Shown here: piece after piece, positions 17,632-27,168 of the stretch
Layout: each line of letters opens with the position of its first letter
Numbering within the stretch: the stretch's first letter is position 1
NCBI GenBank assembly: GCA_964561155.1
Contig: CAZLOI010000001.1
Location: 3,958 to 67,957 of the forward strand
DNA: 64,000 bases
Direction: 5' to 3'
Source: an uncultured Candidatus Saccharibacteria bacterium
GTDB taxonomy: Bacteria; Patescibacteriota; Dojkabacteria; J137
Program-made: the position numbers and the translations under genes
The notes under the pieces: generated by a model
What the model was told of the DNA's origin: nothing
What the model saw: only the letters and a program-made list of their open reading frames with translations
The model's database searches: none

Positions 17632-19098
17632 TCACAGGGATAATGGATGCCGTCTACACAGAGCTTCGACTTGAGCCTTCAGTAAAGAGAATTCAGAAGA
17701 TTTTGATATAGTAATTTCTTCTAATTTTTCTTGGAATTCTTTGAAGCTCTTAAACTCCAAATTCTTCACAATCCCAATCACTTTATCAACAATTTCAAAC
17801 ACTTTTCCTATCGAATCTTCCTTAAATCCTCTGGTAGTTACAAAAGGGGTTCCAAACCTGACACCGGAGGGTGACACTGGTGACCCTTTTTCAAAAGGAA
17901 CTGTGTTTTTGTTTGTAATTATTCCAATTGAAGCCAATGCCTTGGAAACTACTCTTCCAGAAATAATATCTCCTGATTTGTTTCTTTGATTTGAGAAATC
18001 TACTAATACCATGTGCTTGTCTGTTCCTCCACTCACTACTTTGTATCCTTTGTTAATAAATAATTCAGATAGTTTCTTTGCATTACTTACAACATTCTTT
18101 GCGTATGTTCTAAATTCATCTGTGCTTGCTTCGTATAAGCTTTGGAGTATACCTGCGATACTATGGTTAAAAGGACCACCTAATAACCCCGGCATGACTG
18201 ATTTATTGATTAACTCTATATACTCCTTCTTGCACATTACAACAGCTCCTCTAGGACCTCGTAGCGTCTTGTGAGTTGTAAAGGTTACAAAGTCTGCATA
18301 TGGAAAAGGAGAAGGATGAACTCCACCTGCTATCAAACCTGCCTCATGCGCCACATCTGCAAGGAAAAATACTTTCTTTGAAGTTTGTTTCTCGTATTCA
18401 TCTAGTATCTCCCTAATTCTTTTAAAGTCTGTGAATCTTGTATATGCAGTTCCTCCTGTTATTAGCATCTTTGGATTGTATGTTCTTAGGTATTCACCAA
18501 AGCTTTCATAATCTAGAAGCTGTGTTTCTTCATCAACACGATACTGTACTATGTTAAACACCTTCGAATTGAAATTTGATTTAACACTACCTCCTTTATA
18601 TATACCTGAAACTTCAAGGGTTTCAGACTCTTTTTCTGTAGTATTGTTTTGTTTATCCGAAGCTTTTGCTTCATTATTTTTTGTCTCGTTTTTTGTTTCA
18701 TTTTTTGGTGTATAGCTCCAGCCATGACTTAAATGACCTCCATCTGGAAGATACATTGAAAGAATGGTATCTCCAATATTTAGCACAGCATTATATACAA
18801 CAAGATTCGCAGTACTTCCAGAAAGTACCTGTACATTTGCGTCCCATAAATCAATCAAATCCTCAGGTAGCATTACCTGCTTAACCATTCTGATACACGC
18901 TGCTTCTAGAACATCTACATTCTCATTTCCTTCGTAGTATCTTGCTCCTACATTGCCTTCAGAATATTTATGCATGAATACAGAACCAGTTGCTTCCCGT
19001 ACTGCTTTAGATGTGAAGTTTTCAGAAGGAATAAGATTTATCGTATTCTGCTGTCTTTCTTCTTCTTTTTTGATTAGATTTTTGAGGTCATTATTCAT
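17632..19098 (-). CDS. glyA: serine hydroxymethyltransferase with about 47-aa low-complexity insertion
   Basis: 488 aa. INLIPSENFTSKAVREATGSVFMHKYSEG...GARYYEG and VTFTTHKTLRGPRG (PLP-lysine region) are diagnostic. The insertion SYTPKNETKNETKNNEAKASDKQNNTTEKESETLEVSGIYKGGSVKS lies between the HGW and NFS(K) positions (nt 18577-18717). Confidence 0.9.
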   Translation of the reverse strand: MNNDLKNLIKKEEERQQNTINLIPSENFTSKAVREATGSVFMHKYSEGNVGARYYEGNENVDVLEAACIRMVKQVMLPEDLIDLWDANVQVLSGSTANLVVYNAVLNIGDTILSMYLPDGGHLSHGWSYTPKNETKNETKNNEAKASDKQNNTTEKESETLEVSGIYKGGSVKSNFNSKVFNIVQYRVDEETQLLDYESFGEYLRTYNPKMLITGGTAYTRFTDFKRIREILDEYEKQTSKKVFFLADVAHEAGLIAGGVHPSPFPYADFVTFTTHKTLRGPRGAVVMCKKEYIELINKSVMPGLLGGPFNHSIAGILQSLYEASTDEFRTYAKNVVSNAKKLSELFINKGYKVVSGGTDKHMVLVDFSNQRNKSGDIISGRVVSKALASIGIITNKNTVPFEKGSPVSPSGVRFGTPFVTTRGFKEDSIGKVFEIVDKVIGIVKNLEFKSFKEFQEKLEEITISKSSEFSLLKAQVEALCRRHPLSL

Positions 19099-19145
19099 AT
19101 TTGACGAGAAAGATTCTAACAGATATATTGGGTTTTTGATTGCAA

Positions 19146-20381
19146 TTACACACTTCGAAGCCTAGATTTTGGGATCTTTAATTTCTCAGGAGTTACTAGG
19201 ATTAATACAACACCTATAACTATTGCTACCAAACCCCAAATGATGAAAGATTCTTTGAATCCAAATAGCTGTACCAATACACCAGATAATAAAGGTCCTG
19301 CGATATATCCTAGTGAATGAGTTGATTGAAATATTGCTTCAACATGTACCTTAAATTCCTCTGCCCTACTTTCGATATCACTAAATACTGCTCGCATTAG
19401 TATGAAAGATATTGAACTGAATGAACTAAATAATGATACTGCGACTAGAAGCATAAGTGTATCGTGAATAAAAAGCATAGGAATGATTGCCATTCCACTT
19501 ATCACAAGCAAAATGTAGCTTAAGAATTTCTTCCTATGCTTTATTACAATCTTTGAGAATATAAAGCTCAAGATTAATTCAGGTAATGTAAATGCAACCA
19601 ACAATATCCATCCCAATCCATTGTGTCCAAAGAGTGATTCACCGTACAATCCTCCAAACGTCCAGAAAAAAGCATTGATCATCGTTAAAAATATTAAAAC
19701 TATGATCATTGGATACGTCTTTGATTCTAGAATTACCCAATACTTCACTTCCTTTATAAATGAAATTGTATGTACAATCTTTGATTCCTTTTTAAATACA
19801 GTTTCATTTTTAGATGTTGCGAGTACTAGCGAGAACATTAAAGCGATTGCATACAAAACAAATACCACAACCCTTGCAACAATTTGGTCAGCAGCCAAAG
19901 TAACAGATGCAACTATTGGTCCGATAAAGGCGCAGAATGTTAGGAATGTATAAATAATACCCCAGGTTTTTGTAAACTCCTTCTTCTTGTCAACGTCCAA
20001 TACGCATTCCTGCCTTGCGAATCCAAGGAATTCGTAATATATACCCCAAATCATAGAAGCAGCAACGAATAACAGTGGTTGTCCTAAATCATGTCCTAAA
20101 AAAAGCAGTACTGGGAAACAAAGTCCTAATATAACTCCAATAAGGTTTGCGTTCTTCCAGCTTAGTTTAGGAAACAATACCGGGAAAAGTAAGTCACTAA
20201 TTAAACCTGCAATTGACGACATTGCCATTATTATTCCAACTAGTGTAAATGAGTTAACAGTATCTTCAACAACAACTGGGAATAAGTAGGAAAGAATTGC
20301 ATCGCCTAAGAATAGGAATAAAGTTGAGAGCAACAACAAGTTTAACGAACTGCTTTTGGTTAAGTAACTGAATCTCATCAT
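19146..20381 (-). CDS. MFS-type transporter (12 TM)
   Basis: 411 aa, 12 predicted hydrophobic helices in a 6+6 arrangement with a central loop. Generic major-facilitator-like topology. Confidence 0.65.
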   Translation of the reverse strand: MMRFSYLTKSSSLNLLLLSTLFLFLGDAILSYLFPVVVEDTVNSFTLVGIIMAMSSIAGLISDLLFPVLFPKLSWKNANLIGVILGLCFPVLLFLGHDLGQPLLFVAASMIWGIYYEFLGFARQECVLDVDKKKEFTKTWGIIYTFLTFCAFIGPIVASVTLAADQIVARVVVFVLYAIALMFSLVLATSKNETVFKKESKIVHTISFIKEVKYWVILESKTYPMIIVLIFLTMINAFFWTFGGLYGESLFGHNGLGWILLVAFTLPELILSFIFSKIVIKHRKKFLSYILLVISGMAIIPMLFIHDTLMLLVAVSLFSSFSSISFILMRAVFSDIESRAEEFKVHVEAIFQSTHSLGYIAGPLLSGVLVQLFGFKESFIIWGLVAIVIGVVLILVTPEKLKIPKSRLRSV

Positions 20382-20793
20382 AAAAGTATTCTATAGAAGA
20401 TAGATACCAACGACAAGGAGGAAAGGTAGAAAGAAGGAATGAAAGAAAAGATATACGGAAATAATGATCTGAAATTATAATTTCTTCGCAGGAATGAAGA
20501 AACTAGTATGAAATTGATATTGTTTTTTGGTCTCGGCCGAGCTCGACTCTTTCTGGAATGTATAATGTGGTTCGCGTACATACCAACTAAACTTTTTAGG
20601 GTTTAAAGGCAACTTACTTCTTCCAAAAAGAATCAAATAGATGATACCAACCACCATATTTATATTCAATGGAAATCTGACTAGACACAGGTCTCGTGGC
20701 AGTAGAATTAATATATACCTAGAATATAACTTTATATCCCTAATATCTTTTCTGTAGCTTCTCTTTTGATCAAGATCTAAGTATAATCTTTTT

Positions 20794-21870
20794 ATGGATA
20801 CTGAAAGAATAAAGAATTTAAAAAATAGAATTGAGTCTATTGTCAGAAAAAAAGATAAGGACAAGCTTCTTTCTACCCAAGCTGAACTTGAACAAAAACT
20901 TCAGGTAGATGGCTTCTGGAATGACAATGAAAGTGCTCAGAAAGTGATGAAGGAACTAAGTGATACTAAGGCTGAATTAGAAGAACTGCAAAGCCTTTCG
21001 AGCAGCATCGAGAGTATTGAACAATTGTCACAAGATGGCGACGAAGACACTGCTATTGCCATAATAAACGATGAACTAGATAAGCTTGAGAAACAGGTTG
21101 ATCAAATTGAGTTAGATACGTTTCTGTCAGGTAAGTTTGACAAGGCCAACGCTATTTTGAAGATAGTTGCAGGACAAGGAGGCACAGAAGCTAGTGATTG
21201 GGCAGAGATGGTTTTTAGGATGTATTTAAGATTTTGTAATTCCAAGGGTTGGACCATAAACGTTATCGATGAACTACGTGGTGCAGAGGCTGGAATTGAC
21301 TCTATTACTTTCCAAGTTTCAGGTAGCTATGTATACGGATACTTGAAGAGAGAACATGGTACACATAGACTTGTTAGGAATTCTCCATTCAATGCACAGG
21401 GGTTAAGACAAACTTCTTTTGCAGGTGTAGAAGTAATGCCGATTGTTGATGAAGATATCGATATAGATATTAATGAAGCCGATCTAGAATTCTCGGCTGT
21501 ACGAAGTAGCGGCGCTGGAGGACAGAATGTAAATAAGGTCGCTAGTAAGGTGCGTATAGTACATAAACCAACGGGTATTGTAGTTGAATCTTCTGCTCAA
21601 AGATCTCAGTCTCAAAACAGAGAAACTGCTATGAAGATGTTAAAAGCAAAGTTGTATGAAATCGAAGAGGACAAGAAGAAGAGTGAACTTAAAAATATTA
21701 AGGGAGACTATGTTGTAGCAGGTTGGGGTACTCAGATTAGAAACTATGTATTAAGTCCATATAGGCTTGTAAAGGATACAAGGACAGGTGCAGAAACTGG
21801 AAATACAGACGCAGTGTTAAACGGGGATATTCAGATGTTTATAGACGCTGAAATCAGATTGCTTAATTAA
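20794..21870 (+). CDS. prfB: peptide chain release factor 2 (single continuous ORF, no programmed +1 frameshift site)
   Basis: The SPF tripeptide (VRNSPFNAQGLRQTSFAGVEV) and GGQ (RSSGAGGQNVNKVASKVRIVHKPTGIVV) are diagnostic of RF2. The N-terminus aligns to E. coli RF2 across the region where E. coli has the CUU UGA C shift, without interruption. TATAAT at 20782-20787 sits 6 nt before the ATG. Confidence 0.9.
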   Translation: MDTERIKNLKNRIESIVRKKDKDKLLSTQAELEQKLQVDGFWNDNESAQKVMKELSDTKAELEELQSLSSSIESIEQLSQDGDEDTAIAIINDELDKLEKQVDQIELDTFLSGKFDKANAILKIVAGQGGTEASDWAEMVFRMYLRFCNSKGWTINVIDELRGAEAGIDSITFQVSGSYVYGYLKREHGTHRLVRNSPFNAQGLRQTSFAGVEVMPIVDEDIDIDINEADLEFSAVRSSGAGGQNVNKVASKVRIVHKPTGIVVESSAQRSQSQNRETAMKMLKAKLYEIEEDKKKSELKNIKGDYVVAGWGTQIRNYVLSPYRLVKDTRTGAETGNTDAVLNGDIQMFIDAEIRLLN

Positions 21871-22364
21871 GCAAGATATTCTTTAATCTTGTCCATTAAT
21901 TGCTGAGGTTCTACTTCAACCTTCATTAGGTATCCTGTAGCTCCTAGTTTCATTGCAGTTTCGATAGCCATATCTCCACCAAGGTTTGTAAGCATTACAA
22001 TCTTTGGTTTACCATATTTCTCTGGGTCTGCTTTAATCTTACTCAATACATCGATACCATCCATCTTAGGCATAACGATATCTAGTAGAACTAAATCAAA
22101 ATCCCCTTTCTCTGATTCTACCTTCGCTAGTGCATCTACACCATCTGTTGCAGAAGATACTTCGTAGCTTGGTTCTTGAGATAGCATTTGAACAAAAATT
22201 TCTAGAGAATCTGGTTCATCTTCAACGATCAAGATCTTTTTCTTAACAACATCCGCAACACCATCTCCCATGGCTTGAGGTGCAACCGCATATGAATGAT
22301 TTGATCCAGGAGAAGTTACTCTGCCACTTTGCAAGTTATCCTGTTGTGGTAAAGATGTATGCAT
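21867..22364 (-). CDS. single-domain response regulator (CheY-like receiver) with about 40-aa N-terminal extension
   Basis: KKILIVEDEPDSLEIFVQML...DLVLLDIVMPKMDGIDVLSKIK...KIVMLTNLGGDMAIETAMKLGATGYLMKV shows the receiver acidic pocket, phospho-Asp and conserved K. No output domain and no adjacent histidine kinase. Confidence 0.75.
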   Translation of the reverse strand: MHTSLPQQDNLQSGRVTSPGSNHSYAVAPQAMGDGVADVVKKKILIVEDEPDSLEIFVQMLSQEPSYEVSSATDGVDALAKVESEKGDFDLVLLDIVMPKMDGIDVLSKIKADPEKYGKPKIVMLTNLGGDMAIETAMKLGATGYLMKVEVEPQQLMDKIKEYLA

Positions 22365-22447
22365 ATTTGAACTGTAAAAAGATATTATCCATTATTATCT
22401 GTATCAGCCCCTGTGTCAAGATTCTTTGGAAGATGTTAACAAACATT

Positions 22448-23221
22448 CTAGTCTAAAAGCGTTAGAATCTCTGGCTCTGAGTCAGTTATGAGCACCATAT
22501 GTTCAAACATAACACCTTTGCTTCCATCCTTTGTCTTTAGTGTCCAACCATCTTCGTCTATTTTTAAATCAGCTGATCCTAATGTTATCTGATTTTCTAT
22601 ACACAGAATCATTCCCTTTTGTAACTTCGCTCCACTTCCCTTAACACCATAACTTGGTATTTCTGGTGACAAATGCAAACTTCTACCAATTCCATGACCT
22701 ACATATGTTGTTACATAATTAAACCCTGCAAGGTCAGCTACACTTTGTAGTGCATTTGAAATATCTCCAACACTGTTTCCTTTAACTGCCTGTTTAACAG
22801 CAGTATCTATACAAAGCTTTCCTGTTTGCATTAATCTTGTTTCATCCTCATTCAGGGTCCCTAATCCAACAGTTACACAGTGATCGGTATAGAATCCTTT
22901 ATGTACTATTCCGAAGTCTAGCTTTACAATATCTCCTGATTTAAAGATTCTTTCTTCTTTAGGTATTGCGTGAAGTATTTCATCGTTAGTTGAAATACAG
23001 ATATTATGAACGTATGGTCCTTTAACTCCCCTCACTCCATAGAATGAAGGCTTTACGCCATTCTCTACACAAAGCTCTCCTGCTAGTTGATCAAGATATG
23101 AAGCATTAACTCCAATCTTTGTTTCATCTCTAATTTTTTTAAGAATTGATACAGATATCGCAGTTGCCTCTTTTAGTATCTTATATTCAATATCGTTTTT
23201 TATTATGTTATCTCCTATCAT
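22448..23221 (-). CDS. map: methionine aminopeptidase type I
   Basis: 257 aa. Pita-bread fold motifs GDIVKLDFGIVHKGFYTDHCVTVGLG and HGIGRSLHLSPEIPSYG, plus metal ligands (D, D, H, E, E). Confidence 0.85.
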   Translation of the reverse strand: MIGDNIIKNDIEYKILKEATAISVSILKKIRDETKIGVNASYLDQLAGELCVENGVKPSFYGVRGVKGPYVHNICISTNDEILHAIPKEERIFKSGDIVKLDFGIVHKGFYTDHCVTVGLGTLNEDETRLMQTGKLCIDTAVKQAVKGNSVGDISNALQSVADLAGFNYVTTYVGHGIGRSLHLSPEIPSYGVKGSGAKLQKGMILCIENQITLGSADLKIDEDGWTLKTKDGSKGVMFEHMVLITDSEPEILTLLD

Positions 23222-24078
23222 GCTAGTGTAAGTATAACTCCTCCTGCAACAGCTAACAAAGATGTTAATAATTTAAGTTTAATATTCTTCCTTTCCTTTA
23301 AGAAGAAGTAGCTCAGAATTACTGTAAGAAAGATTGATAGCTGTAGAAGTGGTGAGACAATTGATGCCTCAGCTCCCATCTTGTATGCTTGAAAGGCTAG
23401 AATTGTACTTAGTGCGTAGAATAATGCCAATCCTATATTTTTTACGTAATCGTTTGTTTTGAAATCTCTAATTTCAAGATACTTTCTACCAGGTAATATT
23501 AGAGATATTGATAATAGACCAGGTAAAAGAAATGCTAAAGATAAAAATGAAAGCAGATCAACCTTGGTAGAAATGTATACATCGTTTACAAACGCTATTG
23601 CTAAGAGAATAGCAGCAATTAATGGATACAAAAGAGCTCTATCGAATTTCAGTTTTCCAGATTCTAGAGTCAATAGAACTACCGCAATGAAGATTAAAAC
23701 TATTCCTACCACTTTTACAAGTGTAATAGTTTCGCTTAGAACAATTGCGGATACTATTAATACCCATGCTGCACTCGATGAGAACAGTATCGTTACAGTA
23801 CCTGCTTCACTTTGTTTAAAAGCTTTAAAGAGGAAGTAATTCATTGCTGTATAAAGCAGGGCAAGTAGTATTAAGTTAGGAATATAGTTCTCAATTCCAT
23901 CGAGATTAAATCCATTCAATACTGCGAATACGAAGATTATAAATGAACTGAAGAACTGAAAGATAACTGATGCGAATTCGCTAGATATTTTTGAACCCTG
24001 ATATATTTTCTTCTGTAGAACTCTAGCTACAGAAGAAAATAGTATCGAACCGATAATTAAGGGTACCCAAGCTATCAT
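23218..24078 (-). CDS. EamA/DMT-superfamily transporter (10 TM)
   Basis: 286 aa. Two internally repeated 5-TM halves, typical of drug/metabolite transporter proteins. Translationally coupled to map and serS. Confidence 0.55.
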   Translation of the reverse strand: MIAWVPLIIGSILFSSVARVLQKKIYQGSKISSEFASVIFQFFSSFIIFVFAVLNGFNLDGIENYIPNLILLALLYTAMNYFLFKAFKQSEAGTVTILFSSSAAWVLIVSAIVLSETITLVKVVGIVLIFIAVVLLTLESGKLKFDRALLYPLIAAILLAIAFVNDVYISTKVDLLSFLSLAFLLPGLLSISLILPGRKYLEIRDFKTNDYVKNIGLALFYALSTILAFQAYKMGAEASIVSPLLQLSIFLTVILSYFFLKERKNIKLKLLTSLLAVAGGVILTLA

Positions 24079-25415
24079 TTAATAATATCCTTTCCTACAA
24101 AGTCTCTCAGTGCTTCTGGAACAGTTACACTTCCATCTTCATTTTGATAGTGTTCGATTATCGCAATTAATAATCTATGTGTTGCTCCTGTATCGTTTAA
24201 GGTATATGCAAACTTAGTTTCTCCAGTAGCTGTTTTGTATTTAATTCCTAATCTTCTAGACTGATAGTCTGTAGTGATACTGTTAGACATGATCTCCATA
24301 TATTTCTTTTCACTTGGCAACCAAACTTCAATATCGTACTTCTTAGCAGCTGCGTAGTACCCTAGATCTCCATGACACATATTAATTACATGATATGGAA
24401 GCTTTAGTTCCTGTAACATCCACTCGTTTATAGATAGAAGATATTCTTGTACTTCACGAGCCTTGTCTAAATCTGCAGGAATAATCATATTCATCTCTAC
24501 CTTGTCGAATTGATGTGTTCGCTTTATTCCTCGTACATCTTTTCCCCAAGATCCAACTTCAGATCTAAAGCATGGTGTCTGAGCCATCACTTTAACTGGC
24601 ATCTCACTTTCGTTTAATATTGTATCTGCAAAATATCCAAAGTTGCTTGGCTCAGAAGAACCTACAAGATTTAATGTAGTTGCAGTATCTTCGAGATACT
24701 TGTTTTCAATTCTATATACCTGATCCGCATCTCCAGGAAACTGACTTGAACCATACATAGCAAAATCCTTTACTAGCAATGGAACAATCATAGGAGAGAA
24801 ACCTTCTTTCAAAAGTTTTTTAAATAGCAAGTTAAATACTCCTAGTATCAAAAGTGCTCCATCTCCTTTTAGGTAATAGAATCTACTTCCAGATACTTTT
24901 GCTCCTGCTTCTAAATCAATCATCCCTAGCGCTTCTCCAATTTCCCAGTGTGGTTTAACATCCATCTTTGGATTTGGCATATATTCACCTGATGCTTCCG
25001 CCTTACCTAGTTTCTCTTTATCAAAATATCCAGTTTCTGGATGCCATGCTTTAACTTCTATATTGTCATCAGATGTCTTTCCAGCAGGAACTTCTTCCAA
25101 TGGAATATTTGGTATCCAGTCATTCATTTCTTTCCATTCTCTGTTTAATACTCCAAGTTCTTCTTCCTTTCCTTTTAGTTCTGTCTTTAATGCTGTAATT
25201 CTAGCCAACACGTCTCCTTCAGGTTTTCCCTTAAGTTCTTTGTTGATAGAGTTAAGCTCTGCTTGTAAATCGTTAGTCTGCTTAATTAAGTTTCTTCTTT
25301 CAGAATCGACTCTTAACCAGTTTTCTGTGGATACTTTAGAGGAATCAAGTCTACCTATCTCTATTAAGTATGTAAGGATTTCTGGATTCTCACGTATTCG
25401 ATCTACGTCGATCAT
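24075..25415 (-). CDS. serS: seryl-tRNA synthetase
   Basis: N-terminal coiled-coil arm. Class II motifs FRSEVGSWGKDVRGIKRTHQFDKVEMNMI and TLNDTGATHRLLIAIIEHYQNEDGSVTVPEALRDFVG. Confidence 0.9.
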   Translation of the reverse strand: MIDVDRIRENPEILTYLIEIGRLDSSKVSTENWLRVDSERRNLIKQTNDLQAELNSINKELKGKPEGDVLARITALKTELKGKEEELGVLNREWKEMNDWIPNIPLEEVPAGKTSDDNIEVKAWHPETGYFDKEKLGKAEASGEYMPNPKMDVKPHWEIGEALGMIDLEAGAKVSGSRFYYLKGDGALLILGVFNLLFKKLLKEGFSPMIVPLLVKDFAMYGSSQFPGDADQVYRIENKYLEDTATTLNLVGSSEPSNFGYFADTILNESEMPVKVMAQTPCFRSEVGSWGKDVRGIKRTHQFDKVEMNMIIPADLDKAREVQEYLLSINEWMLQELKLPYHVINMCHGDLGYYAAAKKYDIEVWLPSEKKYMEIMSNSITTDYQSRRLGIKYKTATGETKFAYTLNDTGATHRLLIAIIEHYQNEDGSVTVPEALRDFVGKDIIK

Positions 25416-25476
25416 ATGAATAAAATAACGATAATGTATTGATTATATCGCATTCTATGCATACTTTAATAGCGAT

Positions 25477-26802
25477 TTAAATGAGAGAACGACCCTCTGT
25501 TCTTGGAAGAAGTTTTATTGAATTTTGTCCAGCAATGTTTCCACTGCTCCATGCCCAACTTAAATTAAACCCTCCAACATCTCCATCTACGTCTAGTATT
25601 TCACCACAGAAGTATAGACCAGATACTAGCTTCGACTCGAGTGTATCTTCATCGATATCCTTGGTATCAATACCACCTGCTGTAAACTCGGCTTCATTCC
25701 ATCCTCTTGTTCCATCAATCTTAACTACAAAGCTTCCTAGTGCATCTACGAGTTGATTCTTTTCAGCTCCCGTTAGAGACTTCACTTTCTTGCTTTGGTT
25801 CAACCCAATTGCTCTTGGGAATGTTTCTGCAAACTTGTTTGGGAATAATCCATAGAGACTTTTATCTAACTGCAGTTCTGGTCTATGATCCCACCTTATT
25901 TGTAACTCCTCTTTTATGTCTTCTTTGCTCTTTCCTGGAAAGAAATTAATCTCAATCTCTACTCCACTTTTCTCTTCTCGATTAATATGAATTGATATTT
26001 CTCTTGAGATATTTAAGATAGCAGGACCTGATAATCCGTATTGAGTAAACATTACATCATCAGTTCTAGTCTTAATTCTCTTCCCATTTATAATTGATGT
26101 TACCTCTGCTTCTAATTTCATTCCCTGAAGGAAATGAGAAAGCGGATTTTTTGATACTAGCGGAAGTGCCGAAGGAACTGGTGTAATTACCTTGTGCCCA
26201 AAGGATTCTGCTAAATCATATCCTGAACCATTTGACCCTAACGCTGGATATGTCTTACCTCCAGCGGATAGAATTAGCTTCTTGCAAGTAAACATCTCCA
26301 TTCTCATTTCCTTCCCGCTTTGATCAAGAATTGTTGTTTTAAGAATAAATTCGTTTTCAGATCTCTTAACAATGTTCTCTACTTGAGTTAGAAGGTGAAT
26401 CTCAATTCCAAGTAGTTTTAACTCTTCTTCTAGTACTGCTGTAATTGTTTTGGCTTGATCTGTTGTTGGGAATAGTTTCCCGATATCTGTTTTTTGTTCA
26501 ACATAGAGCTTCACACCTAGGTCTCCAAAGAATTTTAGTATTTCAGCGTAACCAAATTTTGAAAGTGTAGTATTCGGGAAGCCAGGGTTATTAGTGTAGT
26601 AGTGATTATCTATACTCTTATCTAAATTGACGTTGGTAACATTACATCTACCAGCACCGCATACTAGTATCTTCCTACCTAATGCAAATGTTCTATCTAC
26701 AATAGCTACTGAACTGTATGGATTAGCTCTCTTTGCGGAAATTGCAGCCATTTGGCCTGCAGCTCCTCCTCCGATTATTATTAGATCAAAGTGATTATTC
26801 AT
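25477..26802 (-). CDS. HI0933/BaiN-family FAD-dependent flavoprotein oxidoreductase
   Basis: N-terminal FDLIIIGGGAAGQMAAISA (Rossmann GxGxxG), ILSAGGKTYPALGSNGSGYDLAESFGH, and the C-terminal ILDVDGDVGGFNLSWAWSSG, which is characteristic of this family. Confidence 0.75.
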   Translation of the reverse strand: MNNHFDLIIIGGGAAGQMAAISAKRANPYSSVAIVDRTFALGRKILVCGAGRCNVTNVNLDKSIDNHYYTNNPGFPNTTLSKFGYAEILKFFGDLGVKLYVEQKTDIGKLFPTTDQAKTITAVLEEELKLLGIEIHLLTQVENIVKRSENEFILKTTILDQSGKEMRMEMFTCKKLILSAGGKTYPALGSNGSGYDLAESFGHKVITPVPSALPLVSKNPLSHFLQGMKLEAEVTSIINGKRIKTRTDDVMFTQYGLSGPAILNISREISIHINREEKSGVEIEINFFPGKSKEDIKEELQIRWDHRPELQLDKSLYGLFPNKFAETFPRAIGLNQSKKVKSLTGAEKNQLVDALGSFVVKIDGTRGWNEAEFTAGGIDTKDIDEDTLESKLVSGLYFCGEILDVDGDVGGFNLSWAWSSGNIAGQNSIKLLPRTEGRSLI

Positions 26803-26848
26803 ACCCTGATTATATGTGGAAGGCTATAGCGAAGCAAGGAGTCTCAGT

Positions 26849-27010
26849 TCAAAGCTCTTTTTGGTCTTTATGTTTCGAATCTCTTTGTGATCTCTTTTTT
26901 AATAGTATTCTAATTACAGAACCTAGAAAGATCACAGTTCCTACTCCAAAAATAATAATTATGTGGAACCCGTAACGCTCTATTAGTTCGAATATTGTAT
27001 TTTCTTCCAT
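26849..27010 (-). CDS. candidate small membrane protein (53 aa; below the ORF-track length cutoff)
   Basis: The minus strand reads ATG GAA GAA AAT...TGA, giving MEENTIFELIERYGFHIIIIFGVGTVIFLGSVIRILLKKRSQRDSKHKDQKEL: one hydrophobic helix followed by a basic tail. It lies in an otherwise empty 365-bp intergenic region. Confidence 0.25.
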   Translation of the reverse strand: MEENTIFELIERYGFHIIIIFGVGTVIFLGSVIRILLKKRSQRDSKHKDQKEL

Positions 27011-27168
27011 ATAAAATTACTGAACAAGTATTGTCTTTCAAAATATTTGAGTTGGTATAGTTGAAAAAGATTGAGATTAGCAGTGAAGTTTTTTATGTAC
27101 TGAAAAAGGATAAGGTATATTGGAGAAAATGTAAAGAATTTTCTTCGGAAGTCTTATCTGTGTTTGTT

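Noticed and set aside
20382-20793. tRNA, tmRNA or SRP RNA hidden in the 412-bp intergenic region
   Set aside because: I could not assemble a cloverleaf (no acceptor/T-arm pairings, no GTTCGA-type T-loop in context), and no tmRNA or SRP conserved motifs were recognised. Left as an unclassified element pending a covariance-model search.
20475-20864. 129-aa minus-strand ORF spanning the long intergenic region and the prfB start
   Set aside because: It overlaps the 5' end of prfB antisense, is low complexity (Leu/Ile/Phe/Lys-rich as expected from AT-rich non-coding DNA), and has no recognisable motif. Treated as spurious.
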